Shown: one piece after another, positions 47,019 to 57,246 of the stretch
Layout: the number at the start of each line of letters is the position of its first letter
Numbering within the stretch: the stretch's first letter is position 1
Assembly (NCBI GenBank): GCA_013154085.1
Contig: JAADDE010000057.1
Location: forward strand, 8 to 64,007
Source: Thermoproteota archaeon
GTDB taxonomy: Archaea; Thermoproteota; Thermoprotei_A; Sulfolobales; Ignicoccaceae
DNA: 64,000 bases
Reading direction: 5' to 3'
The notes under the pieces: generated by a model
Databases searched by the model: none
What the model saw: only the letters and a program-made list of their open reading frames with translations
What the model was told of the DNA's origin: nothing
Made by a program: the position numbers and the translations under genes

Positions 47019-47738
47019 GTGGGGTTTGATGTGGATGAAGAACGCCTCCTGAAAATACTGCTAACCCCCATAATTGAGAGGGCCAGAGAAGATCGTATGC
47101 AGAGCATAGACGACGACCCCAAGGCGGTCCACGTGTCGAAGCTCAGCAGAGGGTGCTCCAACTTCGAGGAGCAAGACACATATGAGGACAACCCAGACCT
47201 ACTCTTGAAGTCGTTGCTCAGAGGCTCAAACAACAGCATATCGTGGTTGCTCGGACAGCTGGTCCACGCCTCTATAGAGACTGCAGTGGACGGGAAGAGG
47301 ATAGAGGACTGCTTTATAACGAGTGAGAAAGAAGTCAGCAAAACTGTAAGGATCTCTTGCGAGCCGTATGAGGTCACCGTCAAGGGGCACGTAGATTTAT
47401 ACGTAAAGTGTCCGGACGAGGAGTTTGCCGTCGAGCTGAAGTATAGGAGCACCGGCGAGCTGGGGCTCCGGAGCTACTACCAAACTAGGATATACTCCGC
47501 AGCGCTCGGAGTGCCGGTGTATGTAGTGATCATTACTCCCCAGAAGGTAATGGTTGAGAAGGTTGAAGGAGACATGGAGTTCCTCGAGAGGGTCGTCAAC
47601 GAGTTCAAGTGTAAGGGCTACATACAAGAAATAGTGTTCAACCCCGACGCGAGGCCGTGCAACAACTGCGCCAATAAAGACACTTGCGACATATGGAAGA
47701 AGACAGTTGGAATATTGGTATCCCGAATGAAAAGGTGA
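47019..47738 (+). CDS. Stand-alone Cas4-like PD-(D/E)XK nuclease with Fe-S cysteines
   Basis: HVSKL..GC, GQLVH, GHVD, VELK, QTRIY, C-terminal CNNCANKDTC. Confidence 0.8.
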   Translation: MGFDVDEERLLKILLTPIIERAREDRMQSIDDDPKAVHVSKLSRGCSNFEEQDTYEDNPDLLLKSLLRGSNNSISWLLGQLVHASIETAVDGKRIEDCFITSEKEVSKTVRISCEPYEVTVKGHVDLYVKCPDEEFAVELKYRSTGELGLRSYYQTRIYSAALGVPVYVVIITPQKVMVEKVEGDMEFLERVVNEFKCKGYIQEIVFNPDARPCNNCANKDTCDIWKKTVGILVSRMKR

Positions 47739-47744
47739 TACTGG

Positions 47745-48551
47745 TTGGACTTGCTGTCGCTCGCCCTCCTCCTCTTGGGCTTCCCCCTGGGGAGGACGCG
47801 GTTGAGGGAGCTTGCGGGCCCCCTCTCCAAGTTTTTGATATTTGTGGTCGAGCCAGTGCTGGGCTTCTGGGCGGGCGTGAACGTTAGGTCAACGCTGGTC
47901 GCATTTGCGGCCGTGTTGCCGGAGATCCCAATATTCTACGCGGCCCGCGCGCTCTTCAGAGGATGTAGCAAGAAGGGCGCGGCCGGAATAACCGCGGCTT
48001 TTGGGAACACCATATTCTTGGGAATACCGGCGGTGCTCGCCGTAGGCGGGAACGTCGACGCTGCGGTGGCGTACGCTATGATGACCACCTTGATACACTT
48101 CACGTTCGCATCTCTCTACAGTTGCAAGAAGGGGAGCGCCCTCATCAAAGTACAGCCCTTCACAGTGACTTTTCTCCTAGGCCTGCTCCTTTCGCCGTTT
48201 TCGGAGGAACTGTCATTTATTGTGTGGACGAAGGAGCTCGCCGCCGAAGCGTCGCGGCTGGGACTGCTGATATTGGGTCTGGCCTTTGAAGCGGAGCACC
48301 TCAAGCTGGACGGCGAAGTGCTGAGGATAGGACTCCTCAAGCACGGTCTGTTGCCGTTGCTTACGCTACCGTTTGCGCTGACCGAACACACTAAGGCATT
48401 GATAGTGGAATCGTCAATGCCGCCGGCCTTTATGAACATAGCTCTGGCGTACGTGTATGAGTACGATGTCAGTATGACAACAAAGGCCGTGATAACCTTG
48501 ACACTGCTCTGGGTGCCCTTCTTCGTACTCTTCTCTTTCTTCTTCCACTAA
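47745..48551 (+). CDS. AEC family (auxin efflux carrier-like) transporter
   Basis: FGNTIFLGIP, LKHGLLP, SSMPPA; multiple TM segments. Confidence 0.85.
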   Translation: MDLLSLALLLLGFPLGRTRLRELAGPLSKFLIFVVEPVLGFWAGVNVRSTLVAFAAVLPEIPIFYAARALFRGCSKKGAAGITAAFGNTIFLGIPAVLAVGGNVDAAVAYAMMTTLIHFTFASLYSCKKGSALIKVQPFTVTFLLGLLLSPFSEELSFIVWTKELAAEASRLGLLILGLAFEAEHLKLDGEVLRIGLLKHGLLPLLTLPFALTEHTKALIVESSMPPAFMNIALAYVYEYDVSMTTKAVITLTLLWVPFFVLFSFFFH

Positions 48552-48979
48552 AACTCCTCCAAGCCTTCCCGTATCAGCTCGTACAAGCGGTTCATTACCA
48601 TCTCCGCCGCCACGGCGAACGCCAGATCCCTCAGAGATACCATGCCGACGAGCTCATCGTCCGTGGCCACGGGTAAGTGCCTAACCCCGTGCATCCTCAT
48701 CATTTCCAGGGCCTTGAGGACGCTGGTTTCGGGGGTGACGGTCATCACGTCGGGAGTCATGACCTCGGACACGGGGGCGTCGTAGCTCACCCCCTTCGCC
48801 ACCGCGTCCACGACGTCTCTTTCTGTCACTATTCCCACTACGTTGCCCTCTTCATCAACTACGACCAAACTCCCTATTCCCTCCTCTGCCATCTTCTTTG
48901 CCGCATCCCTCAACGTGTTGTTAACACCTATTACCACTACGGGCTTCGACATGACGTCCCTTACCGTAAGGCGCCTCAC
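48548..48979 (-). CDS. CBS domain pair protein
   Basis: VRDVMSKP, GIVTERD, VRHLPV, GMVSLRD. Confidence 0.92.
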   Translation of the reverse strand: MRRLTVRDVMSKPVVVIGVNNTLRDAAKKMAEEGIGSLVVVDEEGNVVGIVTERDVVDAVAKGVSYDAPVSEVMTPDVMTVTPETSVLKALEMMRMHGVRHLPVATDDELVGMVSLRDLAFAVAAEMVMNRLYELIREGLEEF

Positions 48980-49031
48980 TCCCAAATCCCCAATATTTCC
49001 GGGCTTTGGGAAGGTTATATGGGTCGGCGCC

Positions 49032-49475
49032 TTGCGCTTCAAACTGAAGGAACTGGCTGAGGTGTTTGAGAAAATCGGAATTGGTAGCAGGGAGGCGTTT
49101 GTTGCGGCCGAGGAGAGCGCCACCTTCGGAACCAACTGCTTCGATCTGGTCTTTTCCGACGAACCCTACGTAGCTTTAAGGCTGTACTACGACAGCATGA
49201 ATGACGAACTAATTCCAGTTGTTGTGAGAATAAAGGTGGACAAGCAAGAACACGAGCTGGGCAAAGAAGCCCTGGAGGCCATGTTGCCGGCGCTCCTCTC
49301 GGCCGAGGAGGACGAGGAGGTGATCCTAATAGCCGCCAGGCCCCCGAAGGCCAGAGATTTGAAGGAAATGGTAGAAATGATGACGGATCTCTCCCGAGCG
49401 ATCAGGGAGCTTGTAGGGGAGAAGGGCGGAGGGCTGATCGGCTACACGCCGGCCGACTGTTCGCGGTTCATGTGA
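49032..49475 (+). CDS. Hypothetical acidic protein
   Basis: Start trimmed to TTG 49032 to avoid overlap with the CBS gene; TTATAT upstream. Confidence 0.55.
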   Translation: MRFKLKELAEVFEKIGIGSREAFVAAEESATFGTNCFDLVFSDEPYVALRLYYDSMNDELIPVVVRIKVDKQEHELGKEALEAMLPALLSAEEDEEVILIAARPPKARDLKEMVEMMTDLSRAIRELVGEKGGGLIGYTPADCSRFM

Positions 49476-49477
49476 GC

Positions 49478-49528
49478 TCGGCCGCGGGCTGTGTCCCTCA
49501 CCGTTCGGGGGAGGTTCGTGATCTTCAT
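49478..49528 (-). ncRNA. Box C/D guide sRNA overlapping rpl35ae stop
   Basis: C ATGAAGA (contains the stop), guide TCACGAACCTCCC, D' CCGA, ACG, C' GTGAGGG, guide ACACAGCCCGCGG, D CCGA. Second guide could pair with a tRNA-His anticodon arm GCGGGCUGUG. Confidence 0.75.
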
Positions 49529-49788
49529 CGCTCGCCCTTCAGCTCCACCTTTGCTGTCTTGCCCATAGCCTGCCCCGGCAAGTTGGGGTGGAACACGGCT
49601 ATAGCTACTCCCTTCTTGCCGTGGGGCCTTAAGACCTTGCCCACGTAGACGTTTCCGTGCTCGTCCTCAAATATCAGCCTGGCCCCTATCGCTCTGCACG
49701 CCTCCACGTAGCTGGGGAACCTCACGAGCACTTGGTGGGGGTTCTGGTCGTTGGAGCCTCTCCGGTAGGACACCAACACCACTTCCAC
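49525..49788 (-). CDS. rpl35ae: 50S ribosomal protein L35Ae
   Basis: SYRRGS...Q, GKVLRPHG..G, NLPGQAMG. Confidence 0.92.
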   Translation of the reverse strand: MEVVLVSYRRGSNDQNPHQVLVRFPSYVEACRAIGARLIFEDEHGNVYVGKVLRPHGKKGVAIAVFHPNLPGQAMGKTAKVELKGER

Positions 49789-49874
49789 TTTCCGTCCCCG
49801 GCCGGGCTTCGGGGAGAGATTTTTGAGGCTTCGCGGAATTAAGCGCCAAGGTCCCTGGCCGGCCGGGGAGCGCG

Positions 49875-50717
49875 GTGCCCTATTCCGTGGACAGGCTGAG
49901 GTTCGGTCCGGCCGGGATACCGCACGTCGTTAAGAATAAGAGGAACTCGCTTATTGAAGGCATAAAGGCTGTTAAAGAGCTGGGACTGGATGCGCTAGAA
50001 ATAGAATTCGTAAAGGGAATATGGCTGACCAAGGAGAAGGCTAAGGAAGCGGGCAGGCTGGCTAGGGAGCTGGACGTTCTCTTAACGGCTCACGCTCCCT
50101 ATTACGTAAATTTAGCGGCTAAGGAGGAGGAAAAAAGGAGAAAGAGCATTGAGTACGTCGTCAAGAGCGCGGAAGTGCTGCACGCGGCCGGAGGCTGGAG
50201 CGTGGTCTTCCACCCGGGATGGTACATGAAGAGGGCCCCATCAGCGGTCTACGAGATGGTGAAGAAGTCCTTAGCAGAGATAGTGGAGCGGCTCAAGAGC
50301 CTCAGCGTAGACGTTTGGGTCAGGCCGGAGACCATGGAGGTGAAGAGCAAGTTCGGGAACTTGGACGAGGTGATAAGGCTATCCCAAGAGTTCGATATGG
50401 TGCTCCCCTGCGTGGACTTCGCCCACCTGCGCTACCGCGAGGGATGGAACGACAGAGATACCTTCCGATCGGTGCTGGAGAAGCTCGAGAAGGAGCTGGG
50501 CCGCTACGCGCTGGACAACATGCATATCCACGTCTCCGGAATAAAGCTTGATAGGCACGGAACGCACCTGAATCTTCTCGAATCCGACATGAGGTGGAGG
50601 GAACTGTTGGAGGTGTTGAAGGAGTTCAACGTGAAGGGAGTATTAATCAGCGAGTCGCCCAACTTAGAGGAAGACGGCCTAATGATGAAGGGGTACTGGC
50701 AAGAGCTGACGACTTAA
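49875..50717 (+). CDS. Endonuclease IV / AP endonuclease family 2
   Basis: FGPAG, HAPYYVNL, FHPG, RPET, DFAH, HIHVSG, SESP. Confidence 0.9.
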   Translation: MPYSVDRLRFGPAGIPHVVKNKRNSLIEGIKAVKELGLDALEIEFVKGIWLTKEKAKEAGRLARELDVLLTAHAPYYVNLAAKEEEKRRKSIEYVVKSAEVLHAAGGWSVVFHPGWYMKRAPSAVYEMVKKSLAEIVERLKSLSVDVWVRPETMEVKSKFGNLDEVIRLSQEFDMVLPCVDFAHLRYREGWNDRDTFRSVLEKLEKELGRYALDNMHIHVSGIKLDRHGTHLNLLESDMRWRELLEVLKEFNVKGVLISESPNLEEDGLMMKGYWQELTT

Positions 50718-50750
50718 TATCGCGCTTACTATTGGGCCTCGGGAACTGCC

Positions 50751-52055
50751 TTGATGGACGTCCTCCGAGACGTCGTGAGGATAGTGAAGGAGCACGACGA
50801 GTGGAGGCAGAACACAATAAACCTCATAGCTAGCGAGAACGTGATGAGCCCTTTGGCAGAGAGTTTGTACTTGAACGATATGATGCACAGATATGCAGAG
50901 GGTAAGCCGTTTAAGAGATACTATCAAGGAACGAGGTACATTGATGAGATAGAGGTTCTCGCTACAGAGCTCATGAAGAAGCTTTTCGCCGTTGAGTATG
51001 CAGAAGTCAGACCGATCAGCGGCACTACGGCAAACGGCACAGTGTTCTATGTGCTGGGCGGCGGGGGCGGAAAGAAGGCCCTAATACCTCCCGTCCAGGC
51101 GGGCTCTCACGTCAGCCATACCAAGTTCGGGATCCTAGGCGCTCTGTGCATTGAGCAGATAGAGATGCCGTACAATAAGGAGACCTTGAACATAGACGTT
51201 GATAAGGCAGTCAAGATGATAGAAGAGGTGAGGCCGGCCTTCGTAGTCTTGGGCGGTAGCCTCTATCCGTTCCCGCACCCCGTTAAGGAAATAGCGGACG
51301 CGGCCCACTCCGTGGGAGCCAAGGTGGTTTACGACGCTGCCCACGTGCTCGGGCTCGTCGCCGGTAAGGCGCTGGCAAACCCCCTCGAGGAGGGGGCCGA
51401 CGTGATGACCGCCTCCACTCACAAGACGTTCCCGGGGCCGCAAGGGGGAGTGATACTGACTAACGATAAAGATCTCTACAAGAAGGTTTCGCGCGTCGTG
51501 TTTCCGGTCTTCGTGAGCAACCACCACGCCCACAGACTGCCCTCGCTGGCGGTGACGGCCGTCGAGATGATGCAGTTCGGAGAGCAGTACGCGTCGCAAG
51601 TAGTGAAGAACGCCAGGGCGCTGGCCGAGGAGCTCCACTCTCTGGGCGTCAAAGTGCTGGGGGAGCACTTAGGCTTCACCAGGACCCACCAAGTAGTTGT
51701 AGACGTCAGCGAAAGGGGCGGCGCGGCGGAACTCGTAAAGAAGCTCGAAGAGGCATACATAATAACAAACAAGAACTTGCTCCCGTGGGATCCTCCGGAC
51801 GCCATAGCAAACCCCAGCGGCATAAGGATAGGCGTCCAAGAGATGACGCGCTTCGGGATGCGGGAGAGCGAGATGAAGGAAATAGCTAGGTTCATAAAGA
51901 GGGTCCTCGACGGGGAGGAGCCGCAGAAGGTGAAGGACGAAGTCGTGGCCTTCCGCTCCCAGTTCCGGGAGGTCCGCTACGGCTACAAGCTGGAGGACTT
52001 GCCGGAGGCAAAGGAGAGGTTCGAGGAGTACTTGAAGTCCGTCCTGGAGATGTGA
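50751..52055 (+). CDS. glyA: Serine hydroxymethyltransferase
   Basis: [38 protein letters not shown]. Confidence 0.96.
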   Translation: MMDVLRDVVRIVKEHDEWRQNTINLIASENVMSPLAESLYLNDMMHRYAEGKPFKRYYQGTRYIDEIEVLATELMKKLFAVEYAEVRPISGTTANGTVFYVLGGGGGKKALIPPVQAGSHVSHTKFGILGALCIEQIEMPYNKETLNIDVDKAVKMIEEVRPAFVVLGGSLYPFPHPVKEIADAAHSVGAKVVYDAAHVLGLVAGKALANPLEEGADVMTASTHKTFPGPQGGVILTNDKDLYKKVSRVVFPVFVSNHHAHRLPSLAVTAVEMMQFGEQYASQVVKNARALAEELHSLGVKVLGEHLGFTRTHQVVVDVSERGGAAELVKKLEEAYIITNKNLLPWDPPDAIANPSGIRIGVQEMTRFGMRESEMKEIARFIKRVLDGEEPQKVKDEVVAFRSQFREVRYGYKLEDLPEAKERFEEYLKSVLEM

Positions 52056-52112
52056 GCTCCCCTTTTTCAAACTAATAAGGCATTAGAGGTAACCCGCGAG
52101 GGTCTCAGTTCG

Positions 52113-53720
52113 ATGTCAGCGAGGGCTAGGGCCAGCAAAGCGGGCGGCGAGCAGTTCAAGGCTATAGGCCCCGGCGAGTTCTTCTTCAGGAACATAGAGC
52201 TGACGGGGTTCAAAAACCCTACAAGGGCCATCTTCCAGACAGTAAAAGAAATGCTCGACAACGCCTTAGACGCGACGGAGACCCACGAGATACTGCCGCG
52301 CATACTGATACAGATCGAGCAGGTGAAGGAAAATATATTCAGAATAACCGTGGATGACAACGGAATCGGAGTGCCGCAAGACAAGATACCGTACGCCTTC
52401 GGGAGGGTCCTCTACAGCTCAAAGTACGTGGAGAGGCAGACCCGCGGCACCTACGGCCTCGGCGTGAAGGCCGCCGTGCTCTATGCGCAGAAGACCACCG
52501 GCGAGCCTGCCTTGATAATTTCCAGCCCTCTTGGAGATGCCAGAAGCTACCGCTACAAGGTCTCAACAGACACCAGCACCAACGAGCCCGACGTCCGGGA
52601 AAAGGGCTCTTGGACGAAGGCCGGCAAGTGGCACGGCACGCGCGTGAGCATAACCATTGAGGGCAACTGGAGCAGGGCGAAGAGCAAAGTTCTGGAATAC
52701 GTGGCCCGCACGGCGATAGTGGCGCCCTACGCGGACATAACCGTAGTCACGCCGGACGGGAAGCTGATCCGCTATCCCCGGAGAACTAAGGAGATGCCGG
52801 CCCCCCCGAAGGAAGTGCGCCCCCACCCCTTAGGCATAGACATCGAAACTTTGAAGAGAATAGCAAAGCTCACAACGGCAAAGACTGTGGAGCAGATGCT
52901 GAAGAAGGAGTTTCAAGCGATAGGGGCGAAGACGGCAAAGGCCATTCTGAGCATAGCTGGGATAGAGCGGAGCAAAGAACCCAAGAAGCTCACAGAAGAG
53001 GAAATAAAGGCCTTAGTAAAGGCGATGAAGAAGTACGGTGAGGAGAAGGGCTTTAAGGCCCCGAGCAAGGAGGCCCTATCCCCCATAGGAGAGAAGCTCA
53101 TCAGGATAGGTCTCAAGAGCACTCTGGAGCCGGAGTACGTGACCGCGCTCACCAGAAGGCCCTCGTCCTACTCCGGCCACCCCTTCGTGGTGGAGGTGGG
53201 CTTGGCCTACGGAGGCAAGATTCCTCCCAGCGAAGCCCCGGTCCTTCTGAGGTACGCAAACAAAACCCCCCTACTGTACGACGAAAGGAGCGACGTCAGC
53301 TGGAAGGTTGTGAACGAGATAAACTGGAAGAACTACGAAGTCAGCTTCCCCGCTCCGCTGGTCATTTTGGTCCACGTGGCCAGTACCAAGCTTCCCTTCA
53401 AAGACGTCAGCAAGGACGTCATAGCCGATGTTCCAGAGATAGAGAACGAAATCCGCTTGGCGGTCCAAGAGGTGGCTAGGAGGCTGAAAAGGTATCTGAT
53501 CAAGAAGAGGAAAGAAGAGGAACTGGCAGAGAGGATGATAACCTTCTTGAAGTATGTTCCGGAGATAGCCCGAAGCCTCAAGGTACTGAGCATAGACCCG
53601 GAGACCAAGAGACCCCTTGTAAGCGAGAAAGAGATAGAGGAGAAGCTGAAGGAACTGATAGCGAAGAAGATCGGCGTACCGAAGGAAAAGCTCCCCGAGG
53701 TTGTTCTGAGCATCGAATAA
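52113..53720 (+). CDS. top6B: DNA topoisomerase VI subunit B
   Basis: EMLDNALDA, DDNGIG, QTRGTYGLG, HGT, RYANKTPL. Confidence 0.96.
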   Translation: MSARARASKAGGEQFKAIGPGEFFFRNIELTGFKNPTRAIFQTVKEMLDNALDATETHEILPRILIQIEQVKENIFRITVDDNGIGVPQDKIPYAFGRVLYSSKYVERQTRGTYGLGVKAAVLYAQKTTGEPALIISSPLGDARSYRYKVSTDTSTNEPDVREKGSWTKAGKWHGTRVSITIEGNWSRAKSKVLEYVARTAIVAPYADITVVTPDGKLIRYPRRTKEMPAPPKEVRPHPLGIDIETLKRIAKLTTAKTVEQMLKKEFQAIGAKTAKAILSIAGIERSKEPKKLTEEEIKALVKAMKKYGEEKGFKAPSKEALSPIGEKLIRIGLKSTLEPEYVTALTRRPSSYSGHPFVVEVGLAYGGKIPPSEAPVLLRYANKTPLLYDERSDVSWKVVNEINWKNYEVSFPAPLVILVHVASTKLPFKDVSKDVIADVPEIENEIRLAVQEVARRLKRYLIKKRKEEELAERMITFLKYVPEIARSLKVLSIDPETKRPLVSEKEIEEKLKELIAKKIGVPKEKLPEVVLSIE

Positions 53721-53724
53721 AGGG

Positions 53725-53883
53725 TCAGAACTCGACCCTCTTGACAACGGTGTGGAAGGTGTTCCTCCCGCAAATCCTGCAGTAGTGGTAGATCCTCCCG
53801 TTGCCCACGCTCTCCAAGTCGTAACTGCCCAAGAACAGCCACATCTGGCCGCACTTCTCGCACTTTAGGTACCAGCTGGTCAC
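53725..53883 (-). CDS. Small zinc-ribbon protein (52 aa)
   Basis: LKCEKCG...YHYCRICGRNTFH; GTG at 53883; only the plausible tail of the 327-aa track ORF. Confidence 0.7.
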   Translation of the reverse strand: MTSWYLKCEKCGQMWLFLGSYDLESVGNGRIYHYCRICGRNTFHTVVKRVEF

Positions 53884-53911
53884 GCTTTGCCCCCTAAAGC
53901 CTCCCCGGAAG

Positions 53912-54601
53912 ATGGTAAAAAGGGGGAGCGCGGGGTTGGACGGCAAGAGGGCGGTGGCCCGGAGGGCCGCAGAGCTCGTCCTAGCCGAGGGGCCGGAGGT
54001 CCTCGGCGTCGGCTCCGGGACCACGGTGAGGCTCTTCGTCGAGGAGCTGGCGAGGCTGGGATATGAGGGCTTAACGGTTTCGACGAGCTTTGATACAAAT
54101 ATCGTGCTGAAAAAACACAAATTCAAGGTGCTCGACATCCAAACCGTGGAGCAAGTTGACCTCAGCGTGGACGGAGCCGACGAGGTTTTCTCGCTGAAGG
54201 ACGGGATATACGCGATAAAGGGAGGGGGCGCGGCGATGCTCAGGGAGAAGGTGCTTGCCGCCATATCGAGGAAGAGAGTATACATAGTCGACGAGAGCAA
54301 GGTCTCCGACGAGCCGTGCGCGCGAGGGACGCCGATTCCCCTAGAGGTGGTGCCCAGTGCCTTGCCGGCGGTTGAGAAGGGCCTGAACGCGCTGGGCGTC
54401 CGGTGGAAGCTCAGAGAGGCGAGGGGAAAGCTGGGGCCGGTAGTCACGGACAACGGAAACCTCGTAGTCGACTTGGACTGCAGAAGTGCGGTGGAAAAGG
54501 TTGAGGAGGTGGAGCGGTTGCCCGGCGTGGCGGTGAGCGGCCTCTTCGGCCCGGGCCTTATTGACGTCGTGCTCATAGGGGAGAGGGGCAAGCTTCCTTG
54601 A
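53912..54601 (+). CDS. rpiA: Ribose-5-phosphate isomerase A
   Basis: GVGSGTT, DGADEV, IKGGGAAMLREK, VVTDNGN. Confidence 0.95.
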   Translation: MVKRGSAGLDGKRAVARRAAELVLAEGPEVLGVGSGTTVRLFVEELARLGYEGLTVSTSFDTNIVLKKHKFKVLDIQTVEQVDLSVDGADEVFSLKDGIYAIKGGGAAMLREKVLAAISRKRVYIVDESKVSDEPCARGTPIPLEVVPSALPAVEKGLNALGVRWKLREARGKLGPVVTDNGNLVVDLDCRSAVEKVEEVERLPGVAVSGLFGPGLIDVVLIGERGKLP

Positions 54602-54996
54602 GGCCTCGGGCTAAGGAGCTGAGGTCGCTGTGTCCTCAAGAAAAGAGAAAGGCGGGCATAGTGGTGTTCAAGATAGGCGACGGCAAGCTGCCGGACATTC
54701 TCGTTCACAAGGGCGAGAAGGGCTACTACGTGGTCTCAGACGAGTTCTGCACGTGCCCTTCGTTTCTGAGGAACTTGGACAGCTACCGGCTCGAGCCGTG
54801 CAAGCACGTGTGCGCGGAGAAGAGGCACACGAGAGCGACGACTCTAGAGGTGGACGAGGACGAGTTCGACACGCTCGTGCTCTCGCTCTTATTTCACGAG
54901 CAAGGCGTAACTTTAAACCTCTTGCTGGCAAGGCTCACCGGCGACGGAAATGGGGAGGAGGAGAAGGAGGAGGAAGATCATAACGCGGAGGCCTAG
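54598..54996 (+). CDS. SWIM zinc-finger protein
   Basis: FCTCPSF...PCKHV. Confidence 0.8.
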   Translation: MRPRAKELRSLCPQEKRKAGIVVFKIGDGKLPDILVHKGEKGYYVVSDEFCTCPSFLRNLDSYRLEPCKHVCAEKRHTRATTLEVDEDEFDTLVLSLLFHEQGVTLNLLLARLTGDGNGEEEKEEEDHNAEA

Positions 54997-55231
54997 CCTG
55001 CCAACAGTCTTCCAGTGCCCGAACTGCGGGGCCCACGCACTGATCATTGAGATAGTGCAAGACAAGAAGAAGAAGGAGCGGATAGCTAAAATAAGGTGCG
55101 CCTCGTGCGGCTTAGTCCACGAGGAACCCGTCGAGAGTCCCATAATAGACAGAGCCGTGGTCTACGGCAGGTTTATCGACAAGTTCTACGCAGGTGAAAT
55201 AAGGGTTCCCGAGGGCGAGGAAGAGGAGTGA
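54950..55231 (+). CDS. elf1: Transcription elongation factor Elf1 homolog
   Basis: MGRRRRRRK, LPTVFQCPNC, CASCG, VYGRFID. Confidence 0.88.
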   Translation: MGRRRRRRKIITRRPSLPTVFQCPNCGAHALIIEIVQDKKKKERIAKIRCASCGLVHEEPVESPIIDRAVVYGRFIDKFYAGEIRVPEGEEEE

Positions 55232-55968
55232 AGATGATCTACGATGAGCTGGTGAGGCACAGAGGCAGAGCGGTGCTCCCTCTGCTCGACCCGGACAAGG
55301 TGGTGAGGGACGAGGACTTCTATTCGGAGGCCGCCCGGAGCGTCTGCCCCTATGCCACCGCCTTCCTCGTCGGAGGAAGCACTGGCGTCGGCCAGCTCGA
55401 GACCGACAGGACGGTGAAGCTGGTCAAGTCGGTCTGCGACAAGCCGGTGATAGTGTTTCCCGGAAGCCCGTGCCAAGTGGTGCCCTCGGCGAACGCCATA
55501 CTCTTCATGAGCCTCCTCAACAGCACGAACAGAAAGTACTTGATAGACTACCAGCTGGAGGGCGCGTTGCTGGTCCACCGCTACGGCGTAGAGCCCATCC
55601 CCACCGCCTACATAATAGTCGGAGAGGGCGGAACGGCCGGATGGGTCGGCGAGGCTAAGGCCATCCCGCCGGAGAAGCCCGAGCTGTTAGCTATGTACGT
55701 GCTCGCTGCCAAGTACCTAGGCTTCAAGCTGGTGTATTTAGAGGCTGGCAGCGGCGTGAGGAGGAGCGTTCCGCCGCAAATGGTGGGCTTGGCGAAGAAG
55801 CTCTTGGGCGACGAGGTGTTTTTGGTGGTTGGTGGAGGAATAAAGGACGTTTCTACGGCCGTCGAAGCGGTTAGGTCCGGCGCGGACGGCATAGTTATAG
55901 GCACTGTGCTCGAAAAGGACCCAAGAACCGGGGTACAAATAGCCAAGGCTGTGGCAGAGGGCGGATAG
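55228..55968 (+). CDS. Geranylgeranylglyceryl phosphate synthase
   Basis: LDPDK, VGGSTG, FPGS, YLEAGSG, VGGGI. Confidence 0.93.
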   Translation: MKMIYDELVRHRGRAVLPLLDPDKVVRDEDFYSEAARSVCPYATAFLVGGSTGVGQLETDRTVKLVKSVCDKPVIVFPGSPCQVVPSANAILFMSLLNSTNRKYLIDYQLEGALLVHRYGVEPIPTAYIIVGEGGTAGWVGEAKAIPPEKPELLAMYVLAAKYLGFKLVYLEAGSGVRRSVPPQMVGLAKKLLGDEVFLVVGGGIKDVSTAVEAVRSGADGIVIGTVLEKDPRTGVQIAKAVAEGG

Positions 55969-55971
55969 CCC

Positions 55972-57246
55972 TTGGATTTGGAAGATCTGGTAAGATCCTT
56001 ACTCAGTAAGAATCTCTCGGAGGATCAAGTGATATCCGTGCTTACGGCTGTAATTGAGCTGAGGAAAGGAATGGGCATAGACAGCTCCTTGAAGCTCGCA
56101 AAGGGCATATTTAAGGATACTATCAACATCATGAGCAACGCTGGGAAGTGGGCGCCGAGGAGGCTGGGAGTGAGGGCCGGCGAGGGAGGCCTCGGGAGCA
56201 GGGGGCTGGGGGACTGGGAGGTCCACGAGGCCCTCTCCTCGCTCTCCGGAGGGGGCGACGCGGGCTCGGTCGGCGACCTCGTAATGGCCGTTGACGGCTT
56301 CCACTCGAGGCTCAGCGCCGTGCCGTTGCTGATGGGCTTCCACGCGACAAGGGCTGCTATAAGGGACGTGATGGTCTCCGGAGCCCTTCCTCTGGCAACG
56401 CTGATAGACGTCCACGTGGCTGACGACACTGACGTGGCCTACGTGCTTGACGTTACGGCCGGCGCCTACGTGGCCAGTGAGGCGTCCGGCGCCGAGCTGG
56501 TGGGCGGGAGCACGCTCCGGATAGGGGGCGACGCTGTGCTGGGTGAGAGGGTGACCGGCGGAAGCTTTGCGGTTGGCAAGAGGATTAGGAAGTGGTCGCG
56601 CTTCAATGTGGAGCCCGGGAACGTGCTGTACGCGACCCTCGGCAAGGGAGGGGGGACCGTTACCGCCTATGCACTAACCCACTCGAGGCCGGAGCTCGTG
56701 GAGCTGACAATAAACGTTGACTTTGTAGGTGAAATAAAGAAAGCCGTGAACTTCGACTGCGTTAGAGGAGCCTTTGACTGGACCAACGGCGGCATATTGC
56801 TCGACGCGTTTGAGATTTCGGAGAAAGTAGGCGTTAAAGTGGTGCTCGAAGATTCGGTCTACGAGGCCGTCCACCCGACGCTCCTTAAGGCGTTCGAGGA
56901 AGACGGGATAGATCCGCTCAGGACGAGCACGGACTCGATAGTGTTCGTGGCGGAAGAGGGGTGCGAGCTTCCGTTCGTACGGGTGGGAAGGATCGAAAAG
57001 GGAAGAGGAGTGTACTTAGAGGGCAAGCCCCTGAGCCCCTCCTTCCGTGAGGCTCCTTATACCCACTCGAAAAAGGCCGTAGAGGGGCTCGAGAAGAGGT
57101 TGAGCAGCGTCGAAGCTCTCCGCTACATGAGAGAGAGGATAGCGGCGCTTCGGGAGGTGCTGGGCCTTGGTGGTTTACGACGAGCAGAGGTGGACCCTAC
57201 TGAGGGAGAAGAGGGAGAAGGCGGCAAAGGTAATGAGCAAGCTTAG
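55972..57246 (+). CDS. AIR synthase-related (PurM-like) protein
   Basis: GLGSRGLGD, VDGFHSRLS, AAIRDV, GSTLRIGGD, DWTNGG, FREAPYT. Confidence 0.85.
   Translation: MDLEDLVRSLLSKNLSEDQVISVLTAVIELRKGMGIDSSLKLAKGIFKDTINIMSNAGKWAPRRLGVRAGEGGLGSRGLGDWEVHEALSSLSGGGDAGSVGDLVMAVDGFHSRLSAVPLLMGFHATRAAIRDVMVSGALPLATLIDVHVADDTDVAYVLDVTAGAYVASEASGAELVGGSTLRIGGDAVLGERVTGGSFAVGKRIRKWSRFNVEPGNVLYATLGKGGGTVTAYALTHSRPELVELTINVDFVGEIKKAVNFDCVRGAFDWTNGGILLDAFEISEKVGVKVVLEDSVYEAVHPTLLKAFEEDGIDPLRTSTDSIVFVAEEGCELPFVRVGRIEKGRGVYLEGKPLSPSFREAPYTHSKKAVEGLEKRLSSVEALRYMRERIAALREVLGLGGLRRAEVDPTEGEEGEGGKGNEQA

Noticed and set aside
46960-48600. CRISPR array or cas operon near the Cas4-like gene
   Set aside because: No regularly spaced direct repeats or other cas genes seen by eye in the window
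53884-54708. N-terminal 275 aa of the 327-aa minus-strand ORF
   Set aside because: Antisense to rpiA; only the last 52 codons (zinc ribbon) look real
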